From the NCBI GenBank assembly GCA_050116035.1, contig JASFPJ010000003.1, forward strand, positions 1 through 41,746: DNA of 41,746 bases. The letters are read 5' to 3'. Source of the stretch: Candidatus Aminicenantes bacterium. GTDB lineage: Bacteria; Acidobacteriota; Aminicenantia; Aminicenantales; Aminicenantaceae. Positions 29,116-37,401 of this stretch are shown piece after piece. Position 1 is the stretch's first letter. Each line of letters starts with the position of its first letter. The notes under the pieces are model-generated. The model had not been told where the DNA came from. It searched no databases and saw only the letters and a list, made by a program, of their open reading frames with translations. The position numbers were made by a program, and so were the translations under genes.

Positions 29116-29787
29116 TTAGATCAATCTGATAATGGTGATGATGACAAGGCAGAGAATGAGTGTCCCTGGAGAGGCAATGAGCCTTAAGGTATGGATGCGT
29201 TTGGCTTCTTCAAGTTTTGTCTCGAAGGTCATAATCTTCGATGCCGCCCAGAATCCAAGAGGTACGGTGACACAGGAGAGAATAACGGCTAAAGGCGCAT
29301 AGTAAAGGGAAAGAGGGGTGGTTGTCCCGGGAAAAACGCAGGCTGGAACTCCAGTCGCAAATCTCACAAGGGGAAAGAGGTTGACTGCCAAGAGAGCTGA
29401 CATCCCTCCGAGAATGGCCTGTCTTCCTGTTCTGCGCTTTTGTTTTTCCGTGTATATGGAGATCAGAACCAGGAATGCCAATCCCTCCATCAGAAAAGCG
29501 AAAATGGGATTTCCCACAGCTCCGTGCAGGATCGGAAGAGAAAGAAGCAGTGCGTCGAACATTTTAAAGAGACATGCGATTGTGACAAGGAGGGCAACAC
29601 CCAGGATTCTACGGGTTAAGATCCAGCTGGCAGCAATGAAGAAGAGGGCGACTCCTGTCATGATGGAACCTGACATGAAAGAAGCGCAGCTTCGAAGCCA
29701 CATGCCCAATGCAGCTTCGGAGAGACCCCATACGGCTCCAAGTATGACAACAATACCCAAGTAAGATTTCGAATTTTTTCGTTTCAT
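29116..29787 (-). CDS. Integral membrane protein (about 6-7 TM), ECF S-component-like
   Basis: ATG 29787 after AAGGAGG; hydrophobic helices; GAVWGLSE, GNPIFAFLMEG. Confidence 0.65.
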   Translation of the reverse strand: MKRKNSKSYLGIVVILGAVWGLSEAALGMWLRSCASFMSGSIMTGVALFFIAASWILTRRILGVALLVTIACLFKMFDALLLSLPILHGAVGNPIFAFLMEGLAFLVLISIYTEKQKRRTGRQAILGGMSALLAVNLFPLVRFATGVPACVFPGTTTPLSLYYAPLAVILSCVTVPLGFWAASKIMTFETKLEEAKRIHTLRLIASPGTLILCLVIITIIRLI

Positions 29788-29820
29788 ACAGGCCTCCTTA
29801 CTATGAGTTAGTTCTAAAGG

Positions 29821-29849
29821 ATTATAATTTCCCTGCACTCATTTGACAA
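29821..29849 (-). promoter_or_regulatory. Sigma70 promoter for the membrane protein / pao-like operon
   Basis: Minus strand TTGTCA-17 nt-TATAAT. Confidence 0.6.
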
Positions 29850-30071
29850 CCTTTTCTTTTTGTTAATTTCAAGTCATGTTTAAATATTGGATGAGAAGAT
29901 AGATAAATTTATGTTTTAGAGAAGAAGCTGAATAATGCGAGAGGAAGTTTCATTCATCTGTTTTTTGAATCCTTATTGTTTTCTTTTGAGGTCTGTTTTT
30001 TATTGAATTGCAGCCTTGTGTTTAAATAATCTAAGGGGTAATCAAAGTGATTAAGGCAACATTTCGGGAAT

Positions 30072-30100
30072 TTGACTGGGAAATATTCCTGTGCTATAAG
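30072..30100 (+). promoter_or_regulatory. Putative sigma70 promoter
   Basis: TTGACT-17 nt-TATAAG (CTGTGCTATAAG, same as at 12131-12142). Confidence 0.55.
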
Positions 30101-30120
30101 CCTGAGAAGAGATTTTCTTC

Positions 30121-30744
30121 ATGAACAGCAAAAAGTATTTTGATAAGGTCGCCCATCAATGGGATGAGATGCGCCAAAGCTTCTTTTCGGAAGCGGTGAG
30201 GGAAAAAGCCTTTTCTGTCGCAGGTGTGGAGGCCGGGAAGGTCGCTGCTGACATTGGAGCGGGAACTGGCTTTATTACCGAAGGGCTGATCCAGAAAGGA
30301 TTGAAGGTGATGGTTGTTGACCAGTCCGGAGTGATGCTCAAAGAGATGAGAAAGAGATTCTCAGGGGTCCAAGGCATTGAGTACTTTGAGGGAGAATCGG
30401 AAAAATTGCCCATTCCGGATGGATCCGTTGATTATGCCTTTGCCAACATGTACCTGCATCATGTGGAGTCTCCTTTAAAAGCGATGAAAGAAATGCGGCG
30501 AATTTTAAAACCTGGAGGAAAGCTGGTCATCACGGATATGGATAAACACACATTTGAATTTCTAAAAAAAGAGCATCATGACCGCTGGATGGGATTCGAT
30601 AGAGAAGATATAAAAAGATGCCTTGAAGAGGCAGGACTGAAGGATGTGGTTGTGGATTGCGCAGAGGAAACTTGCTGTGCACAGTCAGACAGCGGGGAAG
30701 GCTTGGCCCGTGTCAGCGTTTTTGTGGCGTCAGGTGAGAAATGA
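30121..30744 (+). CDS. Class I SAM-dependent methyltransferase
   Basis: ADIGAGTG, VDQS, ANMYLHH, LKPGG, EHHDRWMGF; C-terminal C-x4-CC. Confidence 0.9.
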   Translation: MNSKKYFDKVAHQWDEMRQSFFSEAVREKAFSVAGVEAGKVAADIGAGTGFITEGLIQKGLKVMVVDQSGVMLKEMRKRFSGVQGIEYFEGESEKLPIPDGSVDYAFANMYLHHVESPLKAMKEMRRILKPGGKLVITDMDKHTFEFLKKEHHDRWMGFDREDIKRCLEEAGLKDVVVDCAEETCCAQSDSGEGLARVSVFVASGEK

Positions 30745-30897
30745 GGAGTTGTCTTGAGTTTTGAATTATTTTCCATTCCCCATCAGGGTCGGAATTATTG
30801 AAAAATCATTGCCGTGAGGAACGCCCAAGAATGGCTGCTTCATCCATCTCCAAGAATCCTTTCTAATATAAAAATTTTTTATCATTTTAAAAAGCAC

Positions 30898-30971
30898 TTG
30901 ACATGTTATGATTAATCCCTTATGATTATTCTGAATAATCAGAATAATCAGATTATAATGATTAATCTGAT
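30898..30971 (+). promoter_or_regulatory. Sigma70 promoter with overlapping palindromic operator array
   Basis: TTGACA-17 nt-TATGAT; TGATTATTC-T-GAATAATCA (30923-30941); ATCAGATTA-7 nt-TAATCTGAT (30947-30971). Confidence 0.75.
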
Positions 30972-30995
30972 ATTTTTAATTTCGTGAGGTGTTCA

Positions 30996-31277
30996 ATGGT
31001 GAAAAAAGAGAAAAATCATTCCTGCTCCGTCGGAATTGCCAGCCGCATAGGATGCTGCAAAGTAGAATCAGTCGTCAGTGTGGATGAGAGAGGACAGATG
31101 GTTCTTCCTAAGGAGTTAAGGGATAAAGCCAATATTCGTGCGGGTGACAAGCTGGCAATCGTCGGCATGGAAAAAGAGGGGAAGATATGCTGCATTTCAT
31201 TGATCAAGATCGACGAAATTGAGGGGATGGTGAAAAATATGCTTGGGCCTTTGATGAAAGAAATGTTCAAAGACTGA
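30996..31277 (+). CDS. Cys-rich AbrB/SpoVT-type protein (resembles the HgcAB-associated HgcC family)
   Basis: GCCKVESVVSVDERGQMVLPKELRDKANIRAGDKL swapped-hairpin motif; KICCISLIK; GAGGTG RBS. Confidence 0.8.
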   Translation: MVKKEKNHSCSVGIASRIGCCKVESVVSVDERGQMVLPKELRDKANIRAGDKLAIVGMEKEGKICCISLIKIDEIEGMVKNMLGPLMKEMFKD

Positions 31278-31306
31278 CTTTTGGAATAAACTGTGAGGTG
31301 ATTGAT

Positions 31307-32134
31307 ATGGAGAAAAAAAATGTTCGGAAAGTGGTCAGAGAAGGCTACGCCAAAATAGCCAAACAAGGTGATCCTTGTTGTGCGCCAACACATTCGTGCT
31401 GTGAAAGCCCTGATTCAGCAGAGGATATCAGCAAGAAACTCGGCTACACTGAGGAGGAACTCAAATCTGTTCCTGAGGGTTCGAATCTCGGTCTTGGCTG
31501 TGGGAATCCGGTCGCACTTGCCTCTTTGAAGGAAGGCGAAACCGTTCTTGATTTGGGAGCGGGAGCTGGATTCGATTGTTTTCTTGCGGCAAACAAGGTC
31601 GGGAAGAAAGGAAAAATTATAGGAGTCGATATGACGCCGGAGATGGTTGAGAAGGCCAGAGAGTATGCGGAAAAAAGCGATGCTGTCAATGTGGAATTCA
31701 GGCTTGGAGAGATTGAAAACCTGCCTGTGGCTGATAATTCTGTTGACGCAATAATCTCCAATTGTGTTATTAATCTTTCTCCGGATAAAAGGAGAGTTTT
31801 CATCGAGGCCTTTCGAGTGCTTAAACCCGGAGGGAGATTGATGATTTCAGACATTGTCCTGCTGAATGAGCTACCGGAGGAGATTAGGAACTCTGTCGAG
31901 GCTTATGTGGGTTGTGTCTCTGGAGCTGTATTGAAAGAAGAATACTTGAAAGCAATAAAAGAAGCTGGTTTTCAGGATGTGAAAATAATGGATGAAACAT
32001 CATTTTCTCCCGATAATGTCATCAATGACCCAACAGCTAAGGAATTCATCGAAAAGTTCAATATTCCGGTTGAAAAAGTGGAGGAAGTGATGAGCTTGGT
32101 GCAGAGCCTAACTGTCTTTGGTTTGAAATCCTGA
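31307..32134 (+). CDS. arsM: Arsenite S-adenosylmethionine methyltransferase
   Basis: N-terminal CC..CC, NLGLGCGNP, LDLGAGAGFD, GVDMTPEM, SNCVINL, GCVSGA. Confidence 0.93.
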   Translation: MEKKNVRKVVREGYAKIAKQGDPCCAPTHSCCESPDSAEDISKKLGYTEEELKSVPEGSNLGLGCGNPVALASLKEGETVLDLGAGAGFDCFLAANKVGKKGKIIGVDMTPEMVEKAREYAEKSDAVNVEFRLGEIENLPVADNSVDAIISNCVINLSPDKRRVFIEAFRVLKPGGRLMISDIVLLNELPEEIRNSVEAYVGCVSGAVLKEEYLKAIKEAGFQDVKIMDETSFSPDNVINDPTAKEFIEKFNIPVEKVEEVMSLVQSLTVFGLKS

Positions 32135-32213
32135 CATGGGATTCTTTTGAAATTCCGAAAGATAGGGTAAGATACAGAAGCAGTGTTTTCAAGCTGAGCA
32201 TGAAAGAGCATCA

Positions 32214-32477
32214 ATGATTCGACAAAATGAGAGATCGGAAGTAATCAAGAGATTACAGACTTTACGGAATATCGGTCCGGCCACAGCGGAGAAGCTTTAT
32301 TCGATGGGAATTGAAACTCCTGAACAACTGAAACAATCCAGCCCAGAAAAACTGTATGAGAAATTGAGGCACAAAGCCGGGGGGAAACTGGACAAATGTG
32401 TGCTCTACCAATTGCAAGGCGCGATTTTAGACATCCCCTGGCCTGAGTGTAAAGGTTTTTCTAAGGATTCCAGTTAA
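32214..32477 (+). CDS. Helix-hairpin-helix protein (TfoX_C / Cdd1-like)
   Basis: LRNIGPATAEKLYSMGIET...PEKLYEKL...DKCVLY. Confidence 0.8.
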   Translation: MIRQNERSEVIKRLQTLRNIGPATAEKLYSMGIETPEQLKQSSPEKLYEKLRHKAGGKLDKCVLYQLQGAILDIPWPECKGFSKDSS

Positions 32478-32494
32478 TTCAAAAAGAGGTTGAT

Positions 32495-33856
32495 ATGGAA
32501 AACAAAAACATTCCAGCTGAGATTGAAAAAACCATAATCAGAGAATGTGTTAAAAAGTTGAAGACAGGAAAGCTGCCCCCTTGGAAGGTGGAAGAGGAGC
32601 TGGAAGCCAATCATGATGTTCTTCCGCCTGATAATTTTAGAGCTGCAGTGCTGTGCAGGCAGAAATTTATCGAAGAAGAGACAGGCGAGACATTCAGATA
32701 TATTGGTGCCTCTGAGAAACCCTACAAGGTTCGTTACCGGTGCGATAAACATAAGCTCATTTGGGAGCTTGACGCTTTAGACAAAGACCAGAGTTGTTCA
32801 CTCTGCGGAACCCCGTTGAAGCCAATGGAGCAGTATGCTTCACTCGTGGCCAATTATGTGGGCGGGAATGATGATTACTACTCTTATGCAGGAAGGATCA
32901 AAGTCAAGGGAGATTTGGAAAAGGAATTCACGAATCTTCTTATCTATGGAACGGGCCTGGGACCCATGGGGATCACCAAGGGATGTTACATAATCAATAA
33001 GTTTGGAGGCGCAGAGGTCAACGTCTCAGAGTATGCTCGAGCCGCTCGGTGTCTTGGATACGTTTTCGAGACCGAAGAATTGCGAAAAAAAGCGGTTTCT
33101 GTGATTGAGAATTTTCTGCCTGAGTTGAAACCGGAGATGGACAAGAAGATGTTAGACACTGGCGGCCGAATCGGTTCCGTCGAGTATGTACAAGTTAGGA
33201 GTCACAGAGGTTTTCTCCTGTATGTTGATTTTACCGCGGATTTTGAAAATTTTCGGGGCCATGGCGGGATAAGTCATGCTGTCGGGTTTGCAAAAAAAGA
33301 GATTGAACAAAGACTCCAAAAAGGCAATATTCAGTACAAGTTGAGCGTGATTGCGCAAGGTTATGATGGAGATTTAAAGCCGAGCCCCCGCAACAAAAGG
33401 GGAAGATATGCGTCGGCTCAGATTAGAGTTCCCACCCAAGAATTCGAAGAGTTCCTTCAGATCAATGTGGAAGAATTCCTTTCCTTTGTGGAGATAGATT
33501 GCATAGGTTCTCTAAAGTTGGGATGCCAGTTCTACTCAGGAATGGGAGGAGAGATTATTCCTGCGCTGTACAGAGCCACAAAAGTCAATCCACGCAGTTG
33601 TCTGGTTTCTTCTTTTCAAAATATTTATGCGAGGCTCGACAATAAAAATGTGATTTATGGCGTGGAGCTTCCCAATGTGGAAGCGGGAGTGTTATCCACG
33701 CATGAGGGACTGATTCCTCCGGTAGGACGCGAAGCGCTCAGGATAATGGGAATTCGGACCGCAAAAGAATTTGCCGCCTTGTTGGCTGCACAAGTCCTTG
33801 CCGGAGAATTCAATCTTGCTGTAGAGATAGTCCGTGAGAGGCTGTATAATTCCTGA
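32495..33856 (+). CDS. Highly divergent class I HMG-CoA reductase-fold protein with Zn-ribbon-like insertion; catalytic residues absent
   Basis: Collinear with archaeal HmgA motifs: AGRIKVKG, KGC.IINKFGG, GDLKP, RGR, LYRAT, LPNVEAG, REALRIMG, AAQVLAGEFNL. Confidence 0.75.
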   Translation: MENKNIPAEIEKTIIRECVKKLKTGKLPPWKVEEELEANHDVLPPDNFRAAVLCRQKFIEEETGETFRYIGASEKPYKVRYRCDKHKLIWELDALDKDQSCSLCGTPLKPMEQYASLVANYVGGNDDYYSYAGRIKVKGDLEKEFTNLLIYGTGLGPMGITKGCYIINKFGGAEVNVSEYARAARCLGYVFETEELRKKAVSVIENFLPELKPEMDKKMLDTGGRIGSVEYVQVRSHRGFLLYVDFTADFENFRGHGGISHAVGFAKKEIEQRLQKGNIQYKLSVIAQGYDGDLKPSPRNKRGRYASAQIRVPTQEFEEFLQINVEEFLSFVEIDCIGSLKLGCQFYSGMGGEIIPALYRATKVNPRSCLVSSFQNIYARLDNKNVIYGVELPNVEAGVLSTHEGLIPPVGREALRIMGIRTAKEFAALLAAQVLAGEFNLAVEIVRERLYNS

Positions 33857-33967
33857 ATGAGAGCCTCGTTTTCACCTTTTTGGATCGAGACTTTTTATGG
33901 TTTGAGAGTCACTCGGTTTGACTGAGGTCTCTGAATTATGATTCAGGTGGGTTAGTTTTTTGTCGGT

Positions 33968-34372
33968 TTAGTTTTTTTGCACCCTTGGGTCTTTAATCGC
34001 TATGGCCCTTTTTTCCTCTGTCTCTTCCTTCTTCTTTTCCAGCCATTTTGGGAAAATCCAGTTGAGAATCTCACTCTTTTGCTCATTATCCATATCTTTT
34101 ATTCTGAGTCCTGCCTCCAGCCTGTTGTCCACGCTTTTGATCCATGTGATCTCTCCAGTGAGAGGGACGGATAATTTTTTCTCAGGGATATGGAGGTTGA
34201 CCTCCATATTCGTGCCTATTTCGATATTAAAGTTTATGCTTAATTTTATCCCTTCACGGGAAAAATCGTGAGCTTCGATTTTCCTGCTTATGTAATCTTT
34301 ACCATCCACTTTGATAAGATCGACAGGAAGTAGGCATTCAAAACGCAGGAACTTTCTCTGCTCTTTCCCCAT
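33968..34372 (-). CDS. PilZ domain protein
   Basis: RxxxR (RKFLR) and DxSxxG (DFSREG) c-di-GMP motifs. Confidence 0.9.
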   Translation of the reverse strand: MGKEQRKFLRFECLLPVDLIKVDGKDYISRKIEAHDFSREGIKLSINFNIEIGTNMEVNLHIPEKKLSVPLTGEITWIKSVDNRLEAGLRIKDMDNEQKSEILNWIFPKWLEKKKEETEEKRAIAIKDPRVQKN

Positions 34373-34496
34373 GTTGCCACAAGTCTAGCATGATATTCGA
34401 ATATTTTCAAAAGAAATTTTAACTGGAATTTTTTCACAATTTCTCAAAAAAGAGATTCAGAGGAGTCTGCGGAAAGATTGAGATGGATTCGATTGG

Positions 34497-35531
34497 CTAA
34501 CCGATGCCTTCCTTCCCGACTTTCTTTAAAAGATGCTCCCAATCTTGAGCGGTTCTGGCGAACACTCCGCAGTTTCCCAGTTTGACATTGTTCAATCCGA
34601 TCTCCCTGATCTTTTGGTAGATTCTAACCATGTCAGACAGGGAAGGAGGTGCAGTATCTTTCATTTTATGCGCCGGGAAAAAAGCGAGGATGGTGATCGG
34701 AATCTCGGGATTGACTTCATGGGCAAGCTTTGCGATTTTTTCGATTTGGTTGTCCTCGACCCATCCAGGGATGAATAGAGTGAGAAGTTCGAGAATAAAA
34801 TCTCTTTCCGTCATTTCCCGGGGAGCTTTGAGAATCCATTCATTGGTTGTGCCGCACAGCTTTTTATAAATTTCTTCATCATACGCTTTGATGTCCAGCC
34901 AGAAGGAATCCACACCAGATTCTTTGAATCTATCTAAATTTTCAGGCGTTAAGCCATACCCGTTTGTTTCGATCAGAACCCACATGTTTTGACAGTTGCT
35001 TTTTATTTCTTCTGCTGTCTGACAGTAAAAATCCACACAGCAGGATATGTCTCCTCCGGTGAAAGCGACGATGTTTCTGGCTGGGCCGTATCCCTGCGGG
35101 CTGAGGACGACATCTTTAGGGTCCAAAACTCCGGGACAGAGAGGGCTTCGTGTTCCTGAGATGACACAGGTGCCGCAGCTTCGGCATAGATCCGTGCCAT
35201 GCCACATGGTCGCTTTCTCTCGGTTTTCCTGGATAGTCACCTGTTTTTCATACTCTTTGGCTGCAGAGCCGATTTCAGCAGAGGAAATCCAACTTCCAAC
35301 GGCACTCTGGGAAAAATCTGCGGAGTGGCACTTGAGACAGTGATGGTTGCATCCTGACTGGTAGATGGAAAAATAATGCTCAGGTCGGGAAAGGTGAGCG
35401 GATTTGATGAGACGGTGCCATAGAGGCCCTTCCTTTTTTAAGGTAACATCGCACGCTTTCTTGTCCTCATTATTTATTCGAGTCAGGCAGCTTCCTGCTT
35501 TGTATCCCTGTTTGACTAGCTGGCACGGCAT
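34497..35531 (-). CDS. Radical SAM protein (PFL-activase-like) with extra Cys cluster
   Basis: CNHHCLKC; CRSCGTC-x9-C insert; FTGGD, IETNG, WLDIKA; ATG 35531. Confidence 0.85.
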   Translation of the reverse strand: MPCQLVKQGYKAGSCLTRINNEDKKACDVTLKKEGPLWHRLIKSAHLSRPEHYFSIYQSGCNHHCLKCHSADFSQSAVGSWISSAEIGSAAKEYEKQVTIQENREKATMWHGTDLCRSCGTCVISGTRSPLCPGVLDPKDVVLSPQGYGPARNIVAFTGGDISCCVDFYCQTAEEIKSNCQNMWVLIETNGYGLTPENLDRFKESGVDSFWLDIKAYDEEIYKKLCGTTNEWILKAPREMTERDFILELLTLFIPGWVEDNQIEKIAKLAHEVNPEIPITILAFFPAHKMKDTAPPSLSDMVRIYQKIREIGLNNVKLGNCGVFARTAQDWEHLLKKVGKEGIG

Positions 35532-35540
35532 GGTCAATGG

Positions 35541-36557
35541 TTAGAACCTCCCGGCGATCGAAGTGTCGCAGAACTGGCATTTCCCTTCAACCAAATGAAT
35601 CTCACGGGTTTGCAATCCGTTTCGGACGATGACCGTTTTCCCGCAGTGGGGACAAATAGTGTTTTCTCCTTCCCCCCCAAAAACATTCCCGAGATAGACA
35701 TATTTCAGGCCTTGATCCAGACCTATCTCTCGAATTTTCTCAAGCTTTTTTACAGGAGTTGGCGGAATATGAGAGAGATGGAGGTGGGGAAAAAATCGAG
35801 TGACATGCCAGGGAGTCTCCTTTCCGAGATCCTTAGAGATCCAGGCTGCCATTCTTCTCATATCGCTTTCATCGTCGTTATAGCCAGGGATGATGTTGGT
35901 GACGATTTCAACATGCATTTTCCATTTATACCTGGCTCTCAGGATGACTTCCAGAATTCCTGAAAAATCATCGATATGGGCAATTTTTTTGTAGGAATTC
36001 CGGGAGAATCCTTTGAGGTCAGTGCGAAAAACGTCTAAGTAAGGGCCAATCATATCCAGGGCTTCGACAGTGATAAAACCATTGGTCACATAGTTGGTTA
36101 ATAAATTGTTTTCTTTGGCCAGTTTGGCTCCCTCCAGAGTGTACTCCAGCCAGAGGGTGGGCTCGTTGTATGTCCATGAGATTCCAAAACATCGGTTTTT
36201 CTTGGCTATCCGGATCAGTTCTCGGGGGGAAATAAACCTGGCTGTTTTGATTTCCTCTTGAGCTGTCGAATGGGCAATATCCCAGTTCTGGCAGCCAGGG
36301 CAGCGGAAATTGCAGCCAAAGCTCCCGAGAGATAGCCATTCTGAACCCGGAAAAAAATGGTAGACGGGCTTTTTTTCAATAGGAGAAATCTGGAGGGAAG
36401 AGACGAGCCCAAAGGTTTTCGGAATAAGCTTTCCCCTCTGGTTTTCTCTTGTCTGGCAGTATCCTCTTTCGCCTTCCCGGATTGTGCATCTTCTCTGGCA
36501 GACGCGGCAGCGGACAGCATTTCCCTTGAGCGTGTCATAAAGTATAGCTTCAACCAT
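35541..36557 (-). CDS. amrS: AmmeMemoRadiSam-type radical SAM enzyme
   Basis: CRVCQRRC, PIEKKPVYHF, GCNFRCPGCQNWDI, TYNEP, YVYLGN, CPHC..CQFC. Confidence 0.9.
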   Translation of the reverse strand: MVEAILYDTLKGNAVRCRVCQRRCTIREGERGYCQTRENQRGKLIPKTFGLVSSLQISPIEKKPVYHFFPGSEWLSLGSFGCNFRCPGCQNWDIAHSTAQEEIKTARFISPRELIRIAKKNRCFGISWTYNEPTLWLEYTLEGAKLAKENNLLTNYVTNGFITVEALDMIGPYLDVFRTDLKGFSRNSYKKIAHIDDFSGILEVILRARYKWKMHVEIVTNIIPGYNDDESDMRRMAAWISKDLGKETPWHVTRFFPHLHLSHIPPTPVKKLEKIREIGLDQGLKYVYLGNVFGGEGENTICPHCGKTVIVRNGLQTREIHLVEGKCQFCDTSIAGRF

Positions 36558-36762
36558 AATGCATATCAGGATCAGGTTGTTATGACTTTGTTGGCTGCCT
36601 CTTTTTAAATTCCAATGAACCCGGATTAATCCTCTGATTTTTTTCTTTCAATGAGAATTGAGGTTCCATTCTATATTTTTCACAAAAAATATTAAAGCGT
36701 TGGAAGGCCTGACCCCTATTCATTTTTATGGTATCTTATAGAGAGTCTAAAGGAGGGAAAAC

Positions 36763-37221
36763 ATGGATATCAAGATTTCGAGTGCAGCCTTTGAAGAAGG
36801 CGGAATGATACCAGCGAAATACACATGCGATGAAGAAGATGTATCTCCTCCGCTGGCATGGGATTCAATTCCTGAAGGGACGAAGACGCTCGCTTTTATC
36901 TGCGATGACCCGGATGCACCGATGGGAACATGGGTCCATTGGGTTTTTTTCAATTTGCCCGCAGATATCAGTGAATTGCCTGAGAACATTCCGCCAGAAA
37001 GAGAACTTGAAAGCGGCGCTAAACAGGGAACGAATGATTTTGGAAGAATCGGTTATGGGGGGCCCTGTCCTCCAGGGGGTACGCACAGATATTATTTCAA
37101 GCTGTACGCTTTAGATGCGGAGTTAGACCTTGACGCAGGAGCAAGAAAACAGCAGTTACTGGAAGCCATGGAGGGACATATCCTGGCCGAAGGTCAGTTG
37201 ATGGGAAGATATAGCCGATAA
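36763..37221 (+). CDS. YbhB/YbcL (PEBP) family protein
   Basis: [33 protein letters not shown]. Confidence 0.95.
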   Translation: MDIKISSAAFEEGGMIPAKYTCDEEDVSPPLAWDSIPEGTKTLAFICDDPDAPMGTWVHWVFFNLPADISELPENIPPERELESGAKQGTNDFGRIGYGGPCPPGGTHRYYFKLYALDAELDLDAGARKQQLLEAMEGHILAEGQLMGRYSR

Positions 37222-37300
37222 GAAAGCTGTTTTCTAGAAATTTATGATTAGATGAATCTCGCCCGAGTTCGATGAAACTGGGGCTAGAAAAGTCTGTTCC

Positions 37301-37356
37301 TCATGAATGGTGGATAGAATTCATGAATGGTGGATTGTATCAAATATTATTTGATA
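37301..37356. repeat. 15-bp direct repeat plus 19-bp palindrome
   Basis: TCATGAATGGTGGAT at 37301 and 37321; TATCAAATA-T-TATTTGATA at 37338-37356. Confidence 0.8.
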
Positions 37357-37401
37357 GTTAAGGTGGATAATGTTATTGAGCCTGCAATTCGGGAGTAATG
37401 G

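Noticed and set aside
30996-32477. Mercury methylation locus hgcAB
   Set aside because: No corrinoid protein with the N(V/I)WCA(A/G)GK motif and no HgcB ferredoxin in the window.
32495-33856. Functional hmgA / mevalonate pathway gene
   Set aside because: Catalytic Glu, Lys, Asp and His and the NADPH motifs are not conserved; no mevalonate pathway neighbours.
30121-33856. Selenocysteine read-through at TGA stops
   Set aside because: The TGA codons fall at plausible protein ends, not at aligned Cys positions, and I saw no convincing continuation.
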